The position numbers and the translations under genes are program-made. The notes below the pieces were generated by a model. The model was not told the origin of the DNA. It worked only from the letters and a program-made list of their open reading frames with translations, and did no database searches. A DNA stretch of 64,000 nucleotides from Candidatus Uhrbacteria bacterium RIFOXYB12_FULL_58_10 (GTDB lineage Bacteria > Patescibacteriota > Patescibacteriia > UBA9934 > GWF2-40-263): positions 16,828 to 80,827 of the forward strand of contig CALRBH010000001.1 in NCBI GenBank assembly GCA_943354165.1. Reading direction: 5' to 3'. This document shows, piece after piece, positions 27,824 through 36,952 of this stretch (position 1 is the stretch's first letter; each line of letters opens with the position of its first letter).

Positions 27824-29329
27824 GGCTTCCTTCGGTTTCTCTACCTTCTTGCCCGGCCGAATCACGCTTGCGAGCCAGCTCTTCATGGTGTGGCGCGTGG
27901 CGTCTTTGATCTTTTCTCGCGCATGACGGGTCTTTGCGAACTTGAGCCAGTCCGGGTTCGGGCCTTTGCGGTTTTTGTCCGTAAGAATTTCTATGATGTC
28001 GCCGGAGTTGAGATTGGTGTCTAAGTTTATGACGCGATCATTCACTTTGGCGCCGGTGCAGGTGTTGCCGATGTGGGTGTGGATGGCATAGGCGAAGTCG
28101 ATGGAAGTGGCGCCGTCCGGAAGATCTATCACGTCACCCTTTGGTGTGAAGACAAAGATCCGGTCCTTGAAGACGTCGATCTTCAGAGATTCGAGCTCAG
28201 AAAGAAAATCTTTTTTATCGGCAAGCGTTTTTTGAATGGTTGCAAGCTCTTCCATCCAGTGCAGGTTTTCCACAGGGCGCATCCCCGTTTCCTTGTACCG
28301 CCAATGGGCGGCCACACCGAACTCGGAGAGTTCGTGCATTTCACGGGTGCGGATTTGGAATTCCACGATGTCCCCATCGTCCGTAAACACGGAGGTGTGC
28401 AGGGATTGGTAGCCGTTTGGTTTCGGCTGGGCAATGTAATCCTTGATGCGGCCCGCGAGCGGGCGCCACTTCTGGTGGAGGATCCCGAGGGTGGCATAGC
28501 ATTCCTCAACATCGGCTACGATGATGCGCACGGCGATGACGTCGTAAATTTTCGTCAGGTCATCGTTATAGCGCTGGAGTTTTCGGTACAGAGAAAAGTA
28601 GCGCTTCACGCGGCCGTTCACTTCGAAATCTTTCAGCTTGGATCCGGAGAGTAGATTCTCCGTAGCGCTGATCACATGGGAAATGGAGGCGCCTTTTTCA
28701 CGGAGCTTGGCTTCCATGATGCGCTTGATGCGTTCATAGGACTTTGGATCGAGATAGGAAAATGCCATGTCTTCCAGTTCACCCTTAATCTCTCCCATGC
28801 CGAGGCGGCCGGCGATGGGGGCGTAGATTTCCATGACTTCGCGCGCGACGCGTTCCTGCTTGTGGGCAGGCTGTGCATAGAGCGTTTGGAGATTGTGGAG
28901 GCGGTCGGCGAACTTGATGAAGACCACACGCACGTCGGAGGCCATGGCGAGGAACATCTTGCGGAGGTTCTCGGCGTAGCGCTCTTCGCCGGTGTACTTG
29001 ATCTTCTTCAGCTTCGTGACGGCGTCCACGAGCCCGGCAACGTCCGCGCCAAACTCCTTCTGGATCTGTTCGATCTCGATGCCGCAGTCTTCCACCACAT
29101 CATGCAGCAGCCCTGCGATGACCACGTTGAGCGGCATGCGCATCTGGGCCAGGCGGTGGGCGGTGGCGAGCGGATGGGTGATGAACGGGTGACCGGTGGC
29201 GCGCACCTCTCCTTCATGGGCGTTGTTTGCAAGATCAAAAGCATGCCGGAGGGAAACAAGGTCCGGCGATTCGTAGTTTTCGCGCACAAGCGCTTCTACG
29301 TCTTCGAATGTATGGACGATTTCAGGCAT
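27821..29329 (-). CDS. bifunctional (p)ppGpp synthetase/hydrolase RelA/SpoT homolog
   Basis: HD domain (HDVVED), synthetase domain and TGS domain; start may be MPEIVHTFED (29329) rather than the upstream ATG at 29356. Confidence 0.85.
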   Translation of the reverse strand: MPEIVHTFEDVEALVRENYESPDLVSLRHAFDLANNAHEGEVRATGHPFITHPLATAHRLAQMRMPLNVVIAGLLHDVVEDCGIEIEQIQKEFGADVAGLVDAVTKLKKIKYTGEERYAENLRKMFLAMASDVRVVFIKFADRLHNLQTLYAQPAHKQERVAREVMEIYAPIAGRLGMGEIKGELEDMAFSYLDPKSYERIKRIMEAKLREKGASISHVISATENLLSGSKLKDFEVNGRVKRYFSLYRKLQRYNDDLTKIYDVIAVRIIVADVEECYATLGILHQKWRPLAGRIKDYIAQPKPNGYQSLHTSVFTDDGDIVEFQIRTREMHELSEFGVAAHWRYKETGMRPVENLHWMEELATIQKTLADKKDFLSELESLKIDVFKDRIFVFTPKGDVIDLPDGATSIDFAYAIHTHIGNTCTGAKVNDRVINLDTNLNSGDIIEILTDKNRKGPNPDWLKFAKTRHAREKIKDATRHTMKSWLASVIRPGKKVEKPKEA

Positions 29330-29407
29330 GAAGGCACGCCATGGGCGTGCCTTCAAGCGTAGCGCGGTTTGGGAGGTTTGGGAAGTTCGGGAAGTTTGGG
29401 AGGACGG

Positions 29408-31693
29408 TTATTCAAACGCGCCCGCGCGTTTGAACTTGGGGCGCTTTGGGGCGGCGCGCTTTTTGACGAGCATTTCTGCGGCCATCTCTGGGGTAACGGA
29501 CATTGGATCGATCTTTTTCGAGATCGTCGCGTTGGTGATGCCGTCGCTGACGTACGGGCCATAGCGACCGTCCTTTACGAGGATTTCATTCTTGGTGACA
29601 GGATCGATGCCGAGCTTCGCCATCGGTTCTTGCATGCGGCGTTTGCGCTCAGTGCCTTCGGAAATCGTGCGTCGAGCTTCTTCGAGCGTGACGGTGCGTG
29701 GATCGAGGGCAGGGGGGAGGGATGTGTAGGCGGGTCCGACCTTGAGGTATGGACCGAACCGCCCGACGTTTGCCACGATCTCTTCACCAGCTTCGGTCTT
29801 GCCGATGACGCGTGGAAGTTCGAGGAGCCGCAGGGCCTCCTCGAGCGTGAGATGTTCGGATGATGCTTCACGCGGGAGGGAAGCGCTGCGTGGCTTGTTG
29901 ATCTTTGCCTTCTTGTCCTCCTCACTCCACTCGCCGAGCTGGACGTAGGCGCCGTAGCGGCCACTCAACACATACACGGGCAAACCCGTCTCGGGATCGA
30001 CGCCAAGCTGGCGGTCGTGGACGACGTCCGCGCGGTTTATGGATTTGCCTTTCTCCACAATCGCCGCGTGGAACGGGCCATAAAATTCCTTGAGCATTGG
30101 CACCCATTCCTCCTTGCCGTCCGCCACGTCATCGAGTTTCTGCTCCATGCCCGAGGTGAACTCGTAGTCCACGATGTTCGGGAAATGCTCGGCCAACATG
30201 TCGATGACGGTGTAAGCGACGTCCGTCGGGAACAGTTTCTTGTTGTCGTCGCGATCGACGTAGCCGCGGTCGATGACCGTCGAAATCGTCGGCGCGTATG
30301 TGGAAGGACGGCCAATGCCGTGCTCTTCCATGACCTTCACGATCGTCGCATCGCTATAGCGTGGCGGTGGTTCTGTGAAGTGTTGGGTTGGAACAACGGA
30401 CACCGTATCTACTGCGTCGCCCTCCTTAAGGAGAGGCAACATGCGTTCCGTAGCACTCTTGTATACCTTCATGAACCCCTCAAACGCAATGGCGTTGCCA
30501 TTGGCACGGAACATCGCCTTGCCGCCCTCGAGGTCCACGGCGGTGCGTCGAAGGACAGCAGAAGGCATCTGGCTCGCCACCGCGCGGCGCCAAATGAGGT
30601 CGTAGAGTTTCTTCTCGCCCGCGTCCATCTTTTCTGGAAGGGTCTCTGGGGTCAGGGTGATCTCTGTTGGACGAATAGCTTCGTGAGCCTCCTGCGCGCC
30701 TTTCTTCTTCGTCACGTACGTATTGGCGCCGGTGGCGTATTCCGCACCGAACTGAGCTTTAAGAAATACTTGCGCTTCGTCGAGGAACTTCTGGGCGAGG
30801 TTCGTCGAATCAGTACGCATGTAGGTGATGCGTCCTGTTTCATACAGCTTCTGTGCGAGCGTCATGGTCTGCTTACCGCTCATTCCAAGACGCGAGTTGG
30901 CTTCGATTTGCAAACTCGACGTAGTGAACGGAGGTGATGGCGCCTTCTTCGCTTCCTTTGTCTCGACACGCGTGACGGCGAATGGGGAAGAGGCCAGACG
31001 ATCGACGATGGCCTTAGCACTCGCTTCATCCTTTATCTCCATCTTATCCACCTTCTTTCCATCGAGCTCGACGAGCTTGCCGGGGAAGGACTCATTGTTC
31101 TTCGAAAATTCTCCGTCGACCGTCCAATACTCTTCGATGTTAAAAGCGGTGCGCTCGCGCTCACGTTCTACGATCAAACGAACGGTTACGGACTGCACGC
31201 GTCCGGCCGAAAGCCCCCAGCGGATTTTCTTGCCGATGAGCGGAGAGAGTTCATATCCGACGAGGCGATCGAGGATGCGGCGGGCCTGTTGGGCGTGCAC
31301 GAGGCGCATGTCGAGCTTGCGCGGCGCGGACATGGCGTGCTCGATGGCCGACTTCGTAATTTCATGAAACGTGATGCGCTTGGCGTCCTCAACGGGCAGC
31401 TTCAAGATGGCAGCGATGTGCCAGGCGATCGCTTCTCCTTCGCGGTCTTCGTCGGTCGCCAGGTAGATTTCGTCTACGCCCTTGGCCGCTGCCTTAAGTT
31501 CCGCGACATGCTCCTTGGCGCGATCAGGAATTTCGTACGTGGGTTTGAAATCGTGTGCGGTGTCCACGCTGATGTTTTTCGCGGGCAGATCACGCACATG
31601 ACCGTACGACGAAAGAACCCGGTACCCCGAGCCGAGAAACTTGGCGATGGTCTTCGCCTTGGTGGGGGACTCTACGATAAGAAGTCGAGACAT
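29408..31693 (-). CDS. topA: DNA topoisomerase I
   Basis: 761 aa; TOPRIM N-terminus MSRLLIVESPTKAKTI; catalytic Tyr region; lysine-rich C-terminal zinc-ribbon-free tail. Confidence 0.95.
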   Translation of the reverse strand: MSRLLIVESPTKAKTIAKFLGSGYRVLSSYGHVRDLPAKNISVDTAHDFKPTYEIPDRAKEHVAELKAAAKGVDEIYLATDEDREGEAIAWHIAAILKLPVEDAKRITFHEITKSAIEHAMSAPRKLDMRLVHAQQARRILDRLVGYELSPLIGKKIRWGLSAGRVQSVTVRLIVERERERTAFNIEEYWTVDGEFSKNNESFPGKLVELDGKKVDKMEIKDEASAKAIVDRLASSPFAVTRVETKEAKKAPSPPFTTSSLQIEANSRLGMSGKQTMTLAQKLYETGRITYMRTDSTNLAQKFLDEAQVFLKAQFGAEYATGANTYVTKKKGAQEAHEAIRPTEITLTPETLPEKMDAGEKKLYDLIWRRAVASQMPSAVLRRTAVDLEGGKAMFRANGNAIAFEGFMKVYKSATERMLPLLKEGDAVDTVSVVPTQHFTEPPPRYSDATIVKVMEEHGIGRPSTYAPTISTVIDRGYVDRDDNKKLFPTDVAYTVIDMLAEHFPNIVDYEFTSGMEQKLDDVADGKEEWVPMLKEFYGPFHAAIVEKGKSINRADVVHDRQLGVDPETGLPVYVLSGRYGAYVQLGEWSEEDKKAKINKPRSASLPREASSEHLTLEEALRLLELPRVIGKTEAGEEIVANVGRFGPYLKVGPAYTSLPPALDPRTVTLEEARRTISEGTERKRRMQEPMAKLGIDPVTKNEILVKDGRYGPYVSDGITNATISKKIDPMSVTPEMAAEMLVKKRAAPKRPKFKRAGAFE

Positions 31694-31793
31694 GTGGGGA
31701 GGTCGTTACGAACCTACGAACGGCTACGAAACCACGAAAATGGATACAGTGCTGGCGATGATGCCTCGGTTTGAGGTGTGCGTCAAGAAATGA

Positions 31794-32063
31794 TTATTCG
31801 TAGACGTCCTTTCTGTGTCCGATGTGCAGGATGGAAAGAATGGAAATTTTGCCGTCGGTTTGCCGTTTAAAAATAGCACGATATGAGCCGATGCGGAAAC
31901 GAAAAAAGCCGCGGAGCGGTCCTGTAAGTGGTTTGGCAGATGACATTGGATTCTCGTGTTTTTCGTAATCAGTCAATGTTTCGACGATTCGTTCTGCGAT
32001 AGATGCGTCTAGGCTATCGAGGTCTTTCTGAGCACGTCTCGCTAATTCTATTACGAATCGCAT
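31794..32063 (-). CDS. type II toxin RelE/ParE family
   Basis: 89 aa; GxxxxRFRIGSYRAIF……ILHIGHRKDVY signature. Confidence 0.8.
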   Translation of the reverse strand: MRFVIELARRAQKDLDSLDASIAERIVETLTDYEKHENPMSSAKPLTGPLRGFFRFRIGSYRAIFKRQTDGKISILSILHIGHRKDVYE

Positions 32064-32065
32064 AG

Positions 32066-32317
32066 TTACTTCGTGCTGTATCGCTTGCGTGCTTGTGCAA
32101 GAGAAATAGTACGACCAGCTTTCGCATCGGCAGCACCCTCCTTAACGGCCGCAACAGTGCGAGCGAGAGCACTGACCTTCTTTGCGATATGACGGACTTC
32201 AAACACGGGCTGGTCGTTCTCAACTACGACAAGCCGTTGGTTCTTTTTATAGGCCTCGCGGGAAAGTGAGGTCATGTGCTGCTTAAATTGCGTGAGGCCG
32301 ACGGTGCGGATGGTCAT
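32066..32317 (-). CDS. Phd/YefM-family antitoxin
   Basis: Start taken at MTIRTVGLTQFKQH…VVVENDQPVFEV; 2-nt gap to the toxin. Confidence 0.65.
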   Translation of the reverse strand: MTIRTVGLTQFKQHMTSLSREAYKKNQRLVVVENDQPVFEVRHIAKKVSALARTVAAVKEGAADAKAGRTISLAQARKRYSTK

Positions 32318-32542
32318 AGAAAGGTTATTGATTGGATGATAGCGATGTTTCACCTTGAAGACAAATCGGCAAGGGGATTTTATGAGCCTCAATACAGCAT
32401 AATTTGTGTCGAGGATCATTGACAAAACGTCAAAATTGTGCTAATATTCGCCCACGAATAATCGTTCATGATTGTTCGAAACGGTGAGCCTGGGGTTCTG
32501 ACATTTTGTCAGGATGACGGGTGAACCAAGCAGGAGAAGAAC

Positions 32543-33343
32543 ATGGCCAAGAAAAACTTGTCCGAGATCGAGCGCGGCGCCGGATTCTTTGAAGGATTCG
32601 TCACCAACCTCATGGCCGTCGTCCGGGAACAAAACGTCCCGTTCGAGGCACTCTATCGCCTCGTGAAGCCCGAGGGGCGCGAGACGCTGAAGGAAATGGT
32701 GTATGTGGCTCAGAAGGCATTTCAGCCTCTGAGTGCTGTGCCTCAAGCACAGCAAGACTACTTCACCCAAGTCCTCGACGCCGACGTCCCCGAGTCGCAC
32801 AAGGCGACCGTGGCCAAGTACCGCAAGCTCGCCAGTGAGCACGGCGTGCCCACGACGACCGTAGTATGTTACCGCGTCCGTGCCGGCTTCACCCTGAAGT
32901 CGCACGCCGCCAAGGCCGGCCCTTGCATCCAAGGTTTCCAGTACTTGCAAAACTGGAACTTCCCGGACGAGCCGACCGTCGACTGCCTGGTCTTCTGGGT
33001 GCCCTGCATCCTGAAGGACAGCAAGAACAAAACCAAAGACGAGCAGACTGCGCTGCTCGCTGATACGCGCACCAAGCTGGAGTTGCCCGCTCATCACATG
33101 AGTAGCTTCGGCAAGGTCGCTCTCGTGGCCGGTCTTATCCTTGCCCATTACAAGGCAACGAAAGGTGAGCACATCCCACTCGGCAACGACTGGGTGCGCA
33201 CCGACACCTGCAGCGCGGACGGCGATCGCCTCCGCCTCGGCGACTTCGGTGGTGCTGGCCTCGACTGCGGCGACGACCGCTGGGGCGACGGTCGGCGCGC
33301 CCGCCTCGGCGCCTTCGCCTTGGGGGTGGAACTCGGATCCTAG
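32543..33343 (+). CDS. DGR target (variable) protein; C-terminal variable region
   Basis: 266 aa; last ~40 aa encoded by VR; no signal peptide seen. Confidence 0.7.
   Translation: MAKKNLSEIERGAGFFEGFVTNLMAVVREQNVPFEALYRLVKPEGRETLKEMVYVAQKAFQPLSAVPQAQQDYFTQVLDADVPESHKATVAKYRKLASEHGVPTTTVVCYRVRAGFTLKSHAAKAGPCIQGFQYLQNWNFPDEPTVDCLVFWVPCILKDSKNKTKDEQTALLADTRTKLELPAHHMSSFGKVALVAGLILAHYKATKGEHIPLGNDWVRTDTCSADGDRLRLGDFGGAGLDCGDDRWGDGRRARLGAFALGVELGS
33207..33322 (+). repeat. DGR variable repeat (VR)
   Basis: Aligns to TR over ~116 nt; 18 of 19 mismatches are at TR adenines. Confidence 0.8.
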
Positions 33344-33681
33344 GATCCTTGGCCCTCGTCAAATGGTCTTTGGACCCTTGAACCCTCGGTCACTCGGCCT
33401 CTTGACCCCCGGACAATTTATTGTCCGGGGGTCATCTAATTTCAACATGTTATACTTGCCGTTGGCTGCGTCGTTGTTGCTCGTGTCTACGGATCCGAGC
33501 CGGCAGTACAGGGTATCGTGCAATCAGAATAACGCCGGAGATTTTCTTGCGTTAGCGTATTCCACGATATTGGGATTTCCATTCCCCACCCCGTGTCAGA
33601 CACTCGTGCGTATATTGCGCAGCATAAAATTCAACCCGGAGTGTATACGACGGGTGGTGATTCGGATGGTGTCTGGCGCAT

Positions 33682-33797
33682 CCTGCAACGCGGACGGCAA
33701 TCGCCTCAACCTCGGCGACTTCGATGATGCTGGCCTCAACTGCGACGACGACAACTGGAACGACGATCGCAACGACCACATCGGCGCCTTCGCCTTG
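33682..33797 (+). repeat. DGR template repeat (TR), A-rich (many AAC codons)
   Basis: Non-coding copy of VR containing 26 adenines, of which 18 are substituted in VR. Confidence 0.8.
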
Positions 33798-33826
33798 ATG
33801 ATGGGGAAGGAAACGAGAAAGACATC

Positions 33827-34141
33827 TCAAACACTGAGGTGTCTTTCGTTTAGGCTCTGCAACCATCTGCCGAGCATACGTCCGATCGTCCCGAGCTTAT
33901 CTGTTACCTGTGCGTATTTTCCAGTGTCTAATCCCTTCGCTTCCCAGAGGAGTGTTGTAAAAAATTTGAGCTGGTCTAACTTTCGGCTAAGTGTTTCCAG
34001 AAAGATTCGCTTGTCCTCTCGCTTGGTATACTGCGCAGTAAGCGCAAGTTCCAAAATATCCGTGAAGATATTGTCGACCTTGGCTCCAATCGTATACCGC
34101 GTGAGTCTTGGGAGATGGATCAAGAAATTATGCCACAACAA
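33827..34141 (-). CDS. Avd-like four-helix-bundle accessory protein (opposite strand)
   Basis: 104 aa helical; C-terminal pattern L..LLWEAKGLD.GKY…LGTIGRMLGRWLQSL resembles the four-helix-bundle (Avd / 23S IVS protein) family. Confidence 0.5.
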   Translation of the reverse strand: MLWHNFLIHLPRLTRYTIGAKVDNIFTDILELALTAQYTKREDKRIFLETLSRKLDQLKFFTTLLWEAKGLDTGKYAQVTDKLGTIGRMLGRWLQSLNERHLSV

Positions 34142-34151
34142 ATAAGCCTGT

Positions 34152-35207
34152 TTGAGTTCGGAGACGATGGAAAGTTCAGAATTCCGTTGGGGGGGGGTCG
34201 CTTATAGGGCGGTTCGTAGCAAGTTGACTCATAAGTTTGAGGAGATTATTTCGATGGAAAATCTATGCCTGGCCTGGGAGGAATTTATTCGTGATAAAAG
34301 AGGCAAAAAAGATGTACAGGATTTCGCTCACAATCTTTCCGATGAGATTTTCAAGCTTCACGAAGATCTTTTGATGGGTGTTTATCTGCACGGGCCGTAC
34401 AAACATTTCCGGATCAATGATCCCAAGCCACGTGATATTCATAAGGCTCTGGTCCGTGATCGTTTGCTGCATCATGCCATCCATCGCCAATTATACCCGT
34501 TCTATGCACGCGTGTTTATCGCAGACTCGTTCTCCTGCCAGTCGGGAAAGGGTTTACATCGCGCGATTAACCGTTTTCGGAACATGGGGCAGAAAGAGAG
34601 TCTTAATCAGACAAGGACTTGTTGGGTTCTCAAATGCGACATTCGAAAGTATTTCGCAAGCGTAGACCACGCGACACTTCTCGCCATCCTGAAAGATCGT
34701 ATCGATGATACGCGTATAACTGGACTTCTTCAGTCGATCATCTCGAGTTTTGAATCGGCTCCAGGGAAGGGAATCCCGCTCGGCAATCTCACAAGCCAGC
34801 TCTTCGCAAACATCTACCTCCATGAGTTCGATGTATTCGTAAAGCATCGGTTGAAGGTGAAGTGGTTCGTAAGGTACGCCGATGATTTTCTCCTGCTGTC
34901 TCATGATCGCGACGCGTTGGTTCAGCTGCTTCCCCTGATGAGCCAGTTTCTTTTAGATCGACTGGCGCTGGTGATACATCCTCATAAAATCGTCCTACAG
35001 ACTCTTGCTTCCGGGGCGGACTTTCTCGGATGGATTCAATTTCCGCACCAGAGAGTTCTCCGAACAAAAACGAAACAACGGATGTTTAGTCGGGTTAAAA
35101 ATCATCCCACGCAAGAAACACTCAAGTCTTATTTAGGCCTGCTGAGCCATGGGAATGGATTTTGTTTACAGACACAGATCATTAATGAGCATTGGCTGCG
35201 TTCCTGA
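34152..35207 (+). CDS. DGR reverse transcriptase
   Basis: YADDFLL catalytic motif; IPLGNLTSQ (I/LGxxxSQ) motif typical of DGR RTs; ENLCLAWEEF N-terminal motif (start may be 34254). Confidence 0.85.
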   Translation: MSSETMESSEFRWGGVAYRAVRSKLTHKFEEIISMENLCLAWEEFIRDKRGKKDVQDFAHNLSDEIFKLHEDLLMGVYLHGPYKHFRINDPKPRDIHKALVRDRLLHHAIHRQLYPFYARVFIADSFSCQSGKGLHRAINRFRNMGQKESLNQTRTCWVLKCDIRKYFASVDHATLLAILKDRIDDTRITGLLQSIISSFESAPGKGIPLGNLTSQLFANIYLHEFDVFVKHRLKVKWFVRYADDFLLLSHDRDALVQLLPLMSQFLLDRLALVIHPHKIVLQTLASGADFLGWIQFPHQRVLRTKTKQRMFSRVKNHPTQETLKSYLGLLSHGNGFCLQTQIINEHWLRS

Positions 35208-35208
35208 T

Positions 35209-36288
35209 CTATCCTCGTGCGTACACGTTGCTGCCGAGGTGGCGTATGACGCCGTTCATTTCCATGAGCGTTAGACTGCTTCCGACCTCCGCCGTTGAAA
35301 AACCCGTCGATCGAATCAGCTCATCCATGTGCGTCGGCGCGGTGAGAAGTTCCCAGAGTTTTGCCTGCATCGGCTGGGTAGGCGCGGCGCGTTCTGGCTT
35401 TGGGACGGGGACGGTGCCGAGGGCCTGGCAGAGGTCGTCTGAGCTTCCAATGAGCGCTGCGCCCATCTTTATAAGGATGTGTGGCCCTTCAGACAGTTCG
35501 GATGTTACGGGACCGGGAATCGCGTACACGTCGCGGCCGGATTCCACGGCGGACTTGGCCGTGATGAGCGAGCCAGACTGCGCTTTCGCTTCGACGATGA
35601 GGACAGCTCGTGAAAGTCCGGCGATGACGCGGTTGCGCATCGGAAAGTTGGACTTGAACGGGGGAGTGCCGATGGGGAACTCGGAGACGAGCGCGCCGCC
35701 GCCCGCGATGATCTCTTCGGCCAAGCGTCGATTGCTCGACGGATACCAGTTTGGCTTATCGAGTCCTGATCCGAGTACCGCGATCGTCGGCGTTCGATTT
35801 TCCACAGCGGCGCGATGGGCGAGTGTGTCGACTCCTAGTGCCATGCCGCTCACCACGACGATTCCTGACGGCAATGCAGGGACGAGGATGCGTTCAATCG
35901 CCTCGCGCGAGTACGCGCTTGGTTCACGCGTGCCGACGACGGCGAGATGCGGACGATCGGCATTCGGGAGCGTGCCGACCACGAAGAAGATGGCGGGCGG
36001 ATCGTAAATCGTCGCGAGGGCTTTGGGATAGTCTGCGTCGCGTCGTGTGATCGCTTTCACGCCGTGTCGCTCCAGTGTTTCCAATTCTTTCATCGGATCG
36101 ATCTTTCCGCGGGCTTCGATGAATGCGTGTGCGAGGGTGCTATCGATCCCGGCACTCACGAGTTCATCCACAGATGCCAAAAACGCTTCCTTCATCGTGG
36201 GGAAGCGTTTCATTAATTTGCCCATCCGCACGGCGCCGAACTTGGGGAACCGCAGCAGGGCGAGCCAGTAGGGGAGATCGGATGGCAT
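35209..36288 (-). CDS. dprA: DNA processing protein DprA/Smf
   Basis: 359 aa; Rossmann-like DprA core (VVSGMALGVDTLAHRAA). Confidence 0.85.
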   Translation of the reverse strand: MPSDLPYWLALLRFPKFGAVRMGKLMKRFPTMKEAFLASVDELVSAGIDSTLAHAFIEARGKIDPMKELETLERHGVKAITRRDADYPKALATIYDPPAIFFVVGTLPNADRPHLAVVGTREPSAYSREAIERILVPALPSGIVVVSGMALGVDTLAHRAAVENRTPTIAVLGSGLDKPNWYPSSNRRLAEEIIAGGGALVSEFPIGTPPFKSNFPMRNRVIAGLSRAVLIVEAKAQSGSLITAKSAVESGRDVYAIPGPVTSELSEGPHILIKMGAALIGSSDDLCQALGTVPVPKPERAAPTQPMQAKLWELLTAPTHMDELIRSTGFSTAEVGSSLTLMEMNGVIRHLGSNVYARG

Positions 36289-36322
36289 GGGGTTGGAAGG
36301 GCTGTAAGGGTTGTAAGGGCGG

Positions 36323-36871
36323 TTAGGGCTGTAAGGGCGGTAAGGGGTTGTTGATGGAGATGCGATCTGCGGCGGCTTTGATCAGGGAAGGAAGCTTTGC
36401 TTCTTCCTCTGTGGACCACTTGCCGAGCACCCAGGTGTCGAGTTGGATTTGGACCTCGTGTGGGCGGCCGATACCGACGCGCAGGCGGGGGACGAGAGTT
36501 CCTTCGGGGAAGATCTGGAGAATCGATTTCATCCCGTTGTGGCCGCCGCTTCCGTTTCCTGTCTGGCGCATTTCGCCGAGCGGGAGATCCGCGTCATCGA
36601 AGACGACGAGAAGATCCTGCGGTTCGATGGAATACTTTTTCATGGCGAGCTTCACGGCTTCGCCGGAAAGGTTCATGAACGTGTTCGGCTTGAGGAGAAT
36701 TGCGCGCGCACTATTCAGGGTGATTTCTGCCACATCGCCCTTGAGATTCTCTGAAGGGCGGAACTTGGCCCGTGTCCGGTTCGCGAGCTCATCGAGCACA
36801 AGGAATCCGACGTTATGCCTCGTGCGAGCATACTCTTGTCCAGGATTGCCGAGGCCAATGATGAGGCGCAT
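36323..36871 (-). CDS. pth: peptidyl-tRNA hydrolase
   Basis: MRLIIGLGNPGQEYARTRHNVGF N-terminus. Confidence 0.9.
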   Translation of the reverse strand: MRLIIGLGNPGQEYARTRHNVGFLVLDELANRTRAKFRPSENLKGDVAEITLNSARAILLKPNTFMNLSGEAVKLAMKKYSIEPQDLLVVFDDADLPLGEMRQTGNGSGGHNGMKSILQIFPEGTLVPRLRVGIGRPHEVQIQLDTWVLGKWSTEEEAKLPSLIKAAADRISINNPLPPLQP

Positions 36872-36952
36872 AGAGTTAGTAGTAAGTAGTTAGTAGTAAG
36901 TAGTCGTAGTAAAAATTTACTAACTACTTACTACTAACTACTCTCTTACGTT
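36872..36952. repeat. TAGTAG-palindromic intergenic element, copy 1
   Basis: agttagtagtaagtagttagtag… hairpin with the complementary ctactaactact arm. Confidence 0.7.

Noticed and set aside
33141-34145. 334-aa plus-strand ORF spanning the DGR TR
   Set aside because: TR is a non-coding template; translation is low-complexity; the region is better explained by TR plus the minus-strand Avd-like gene.
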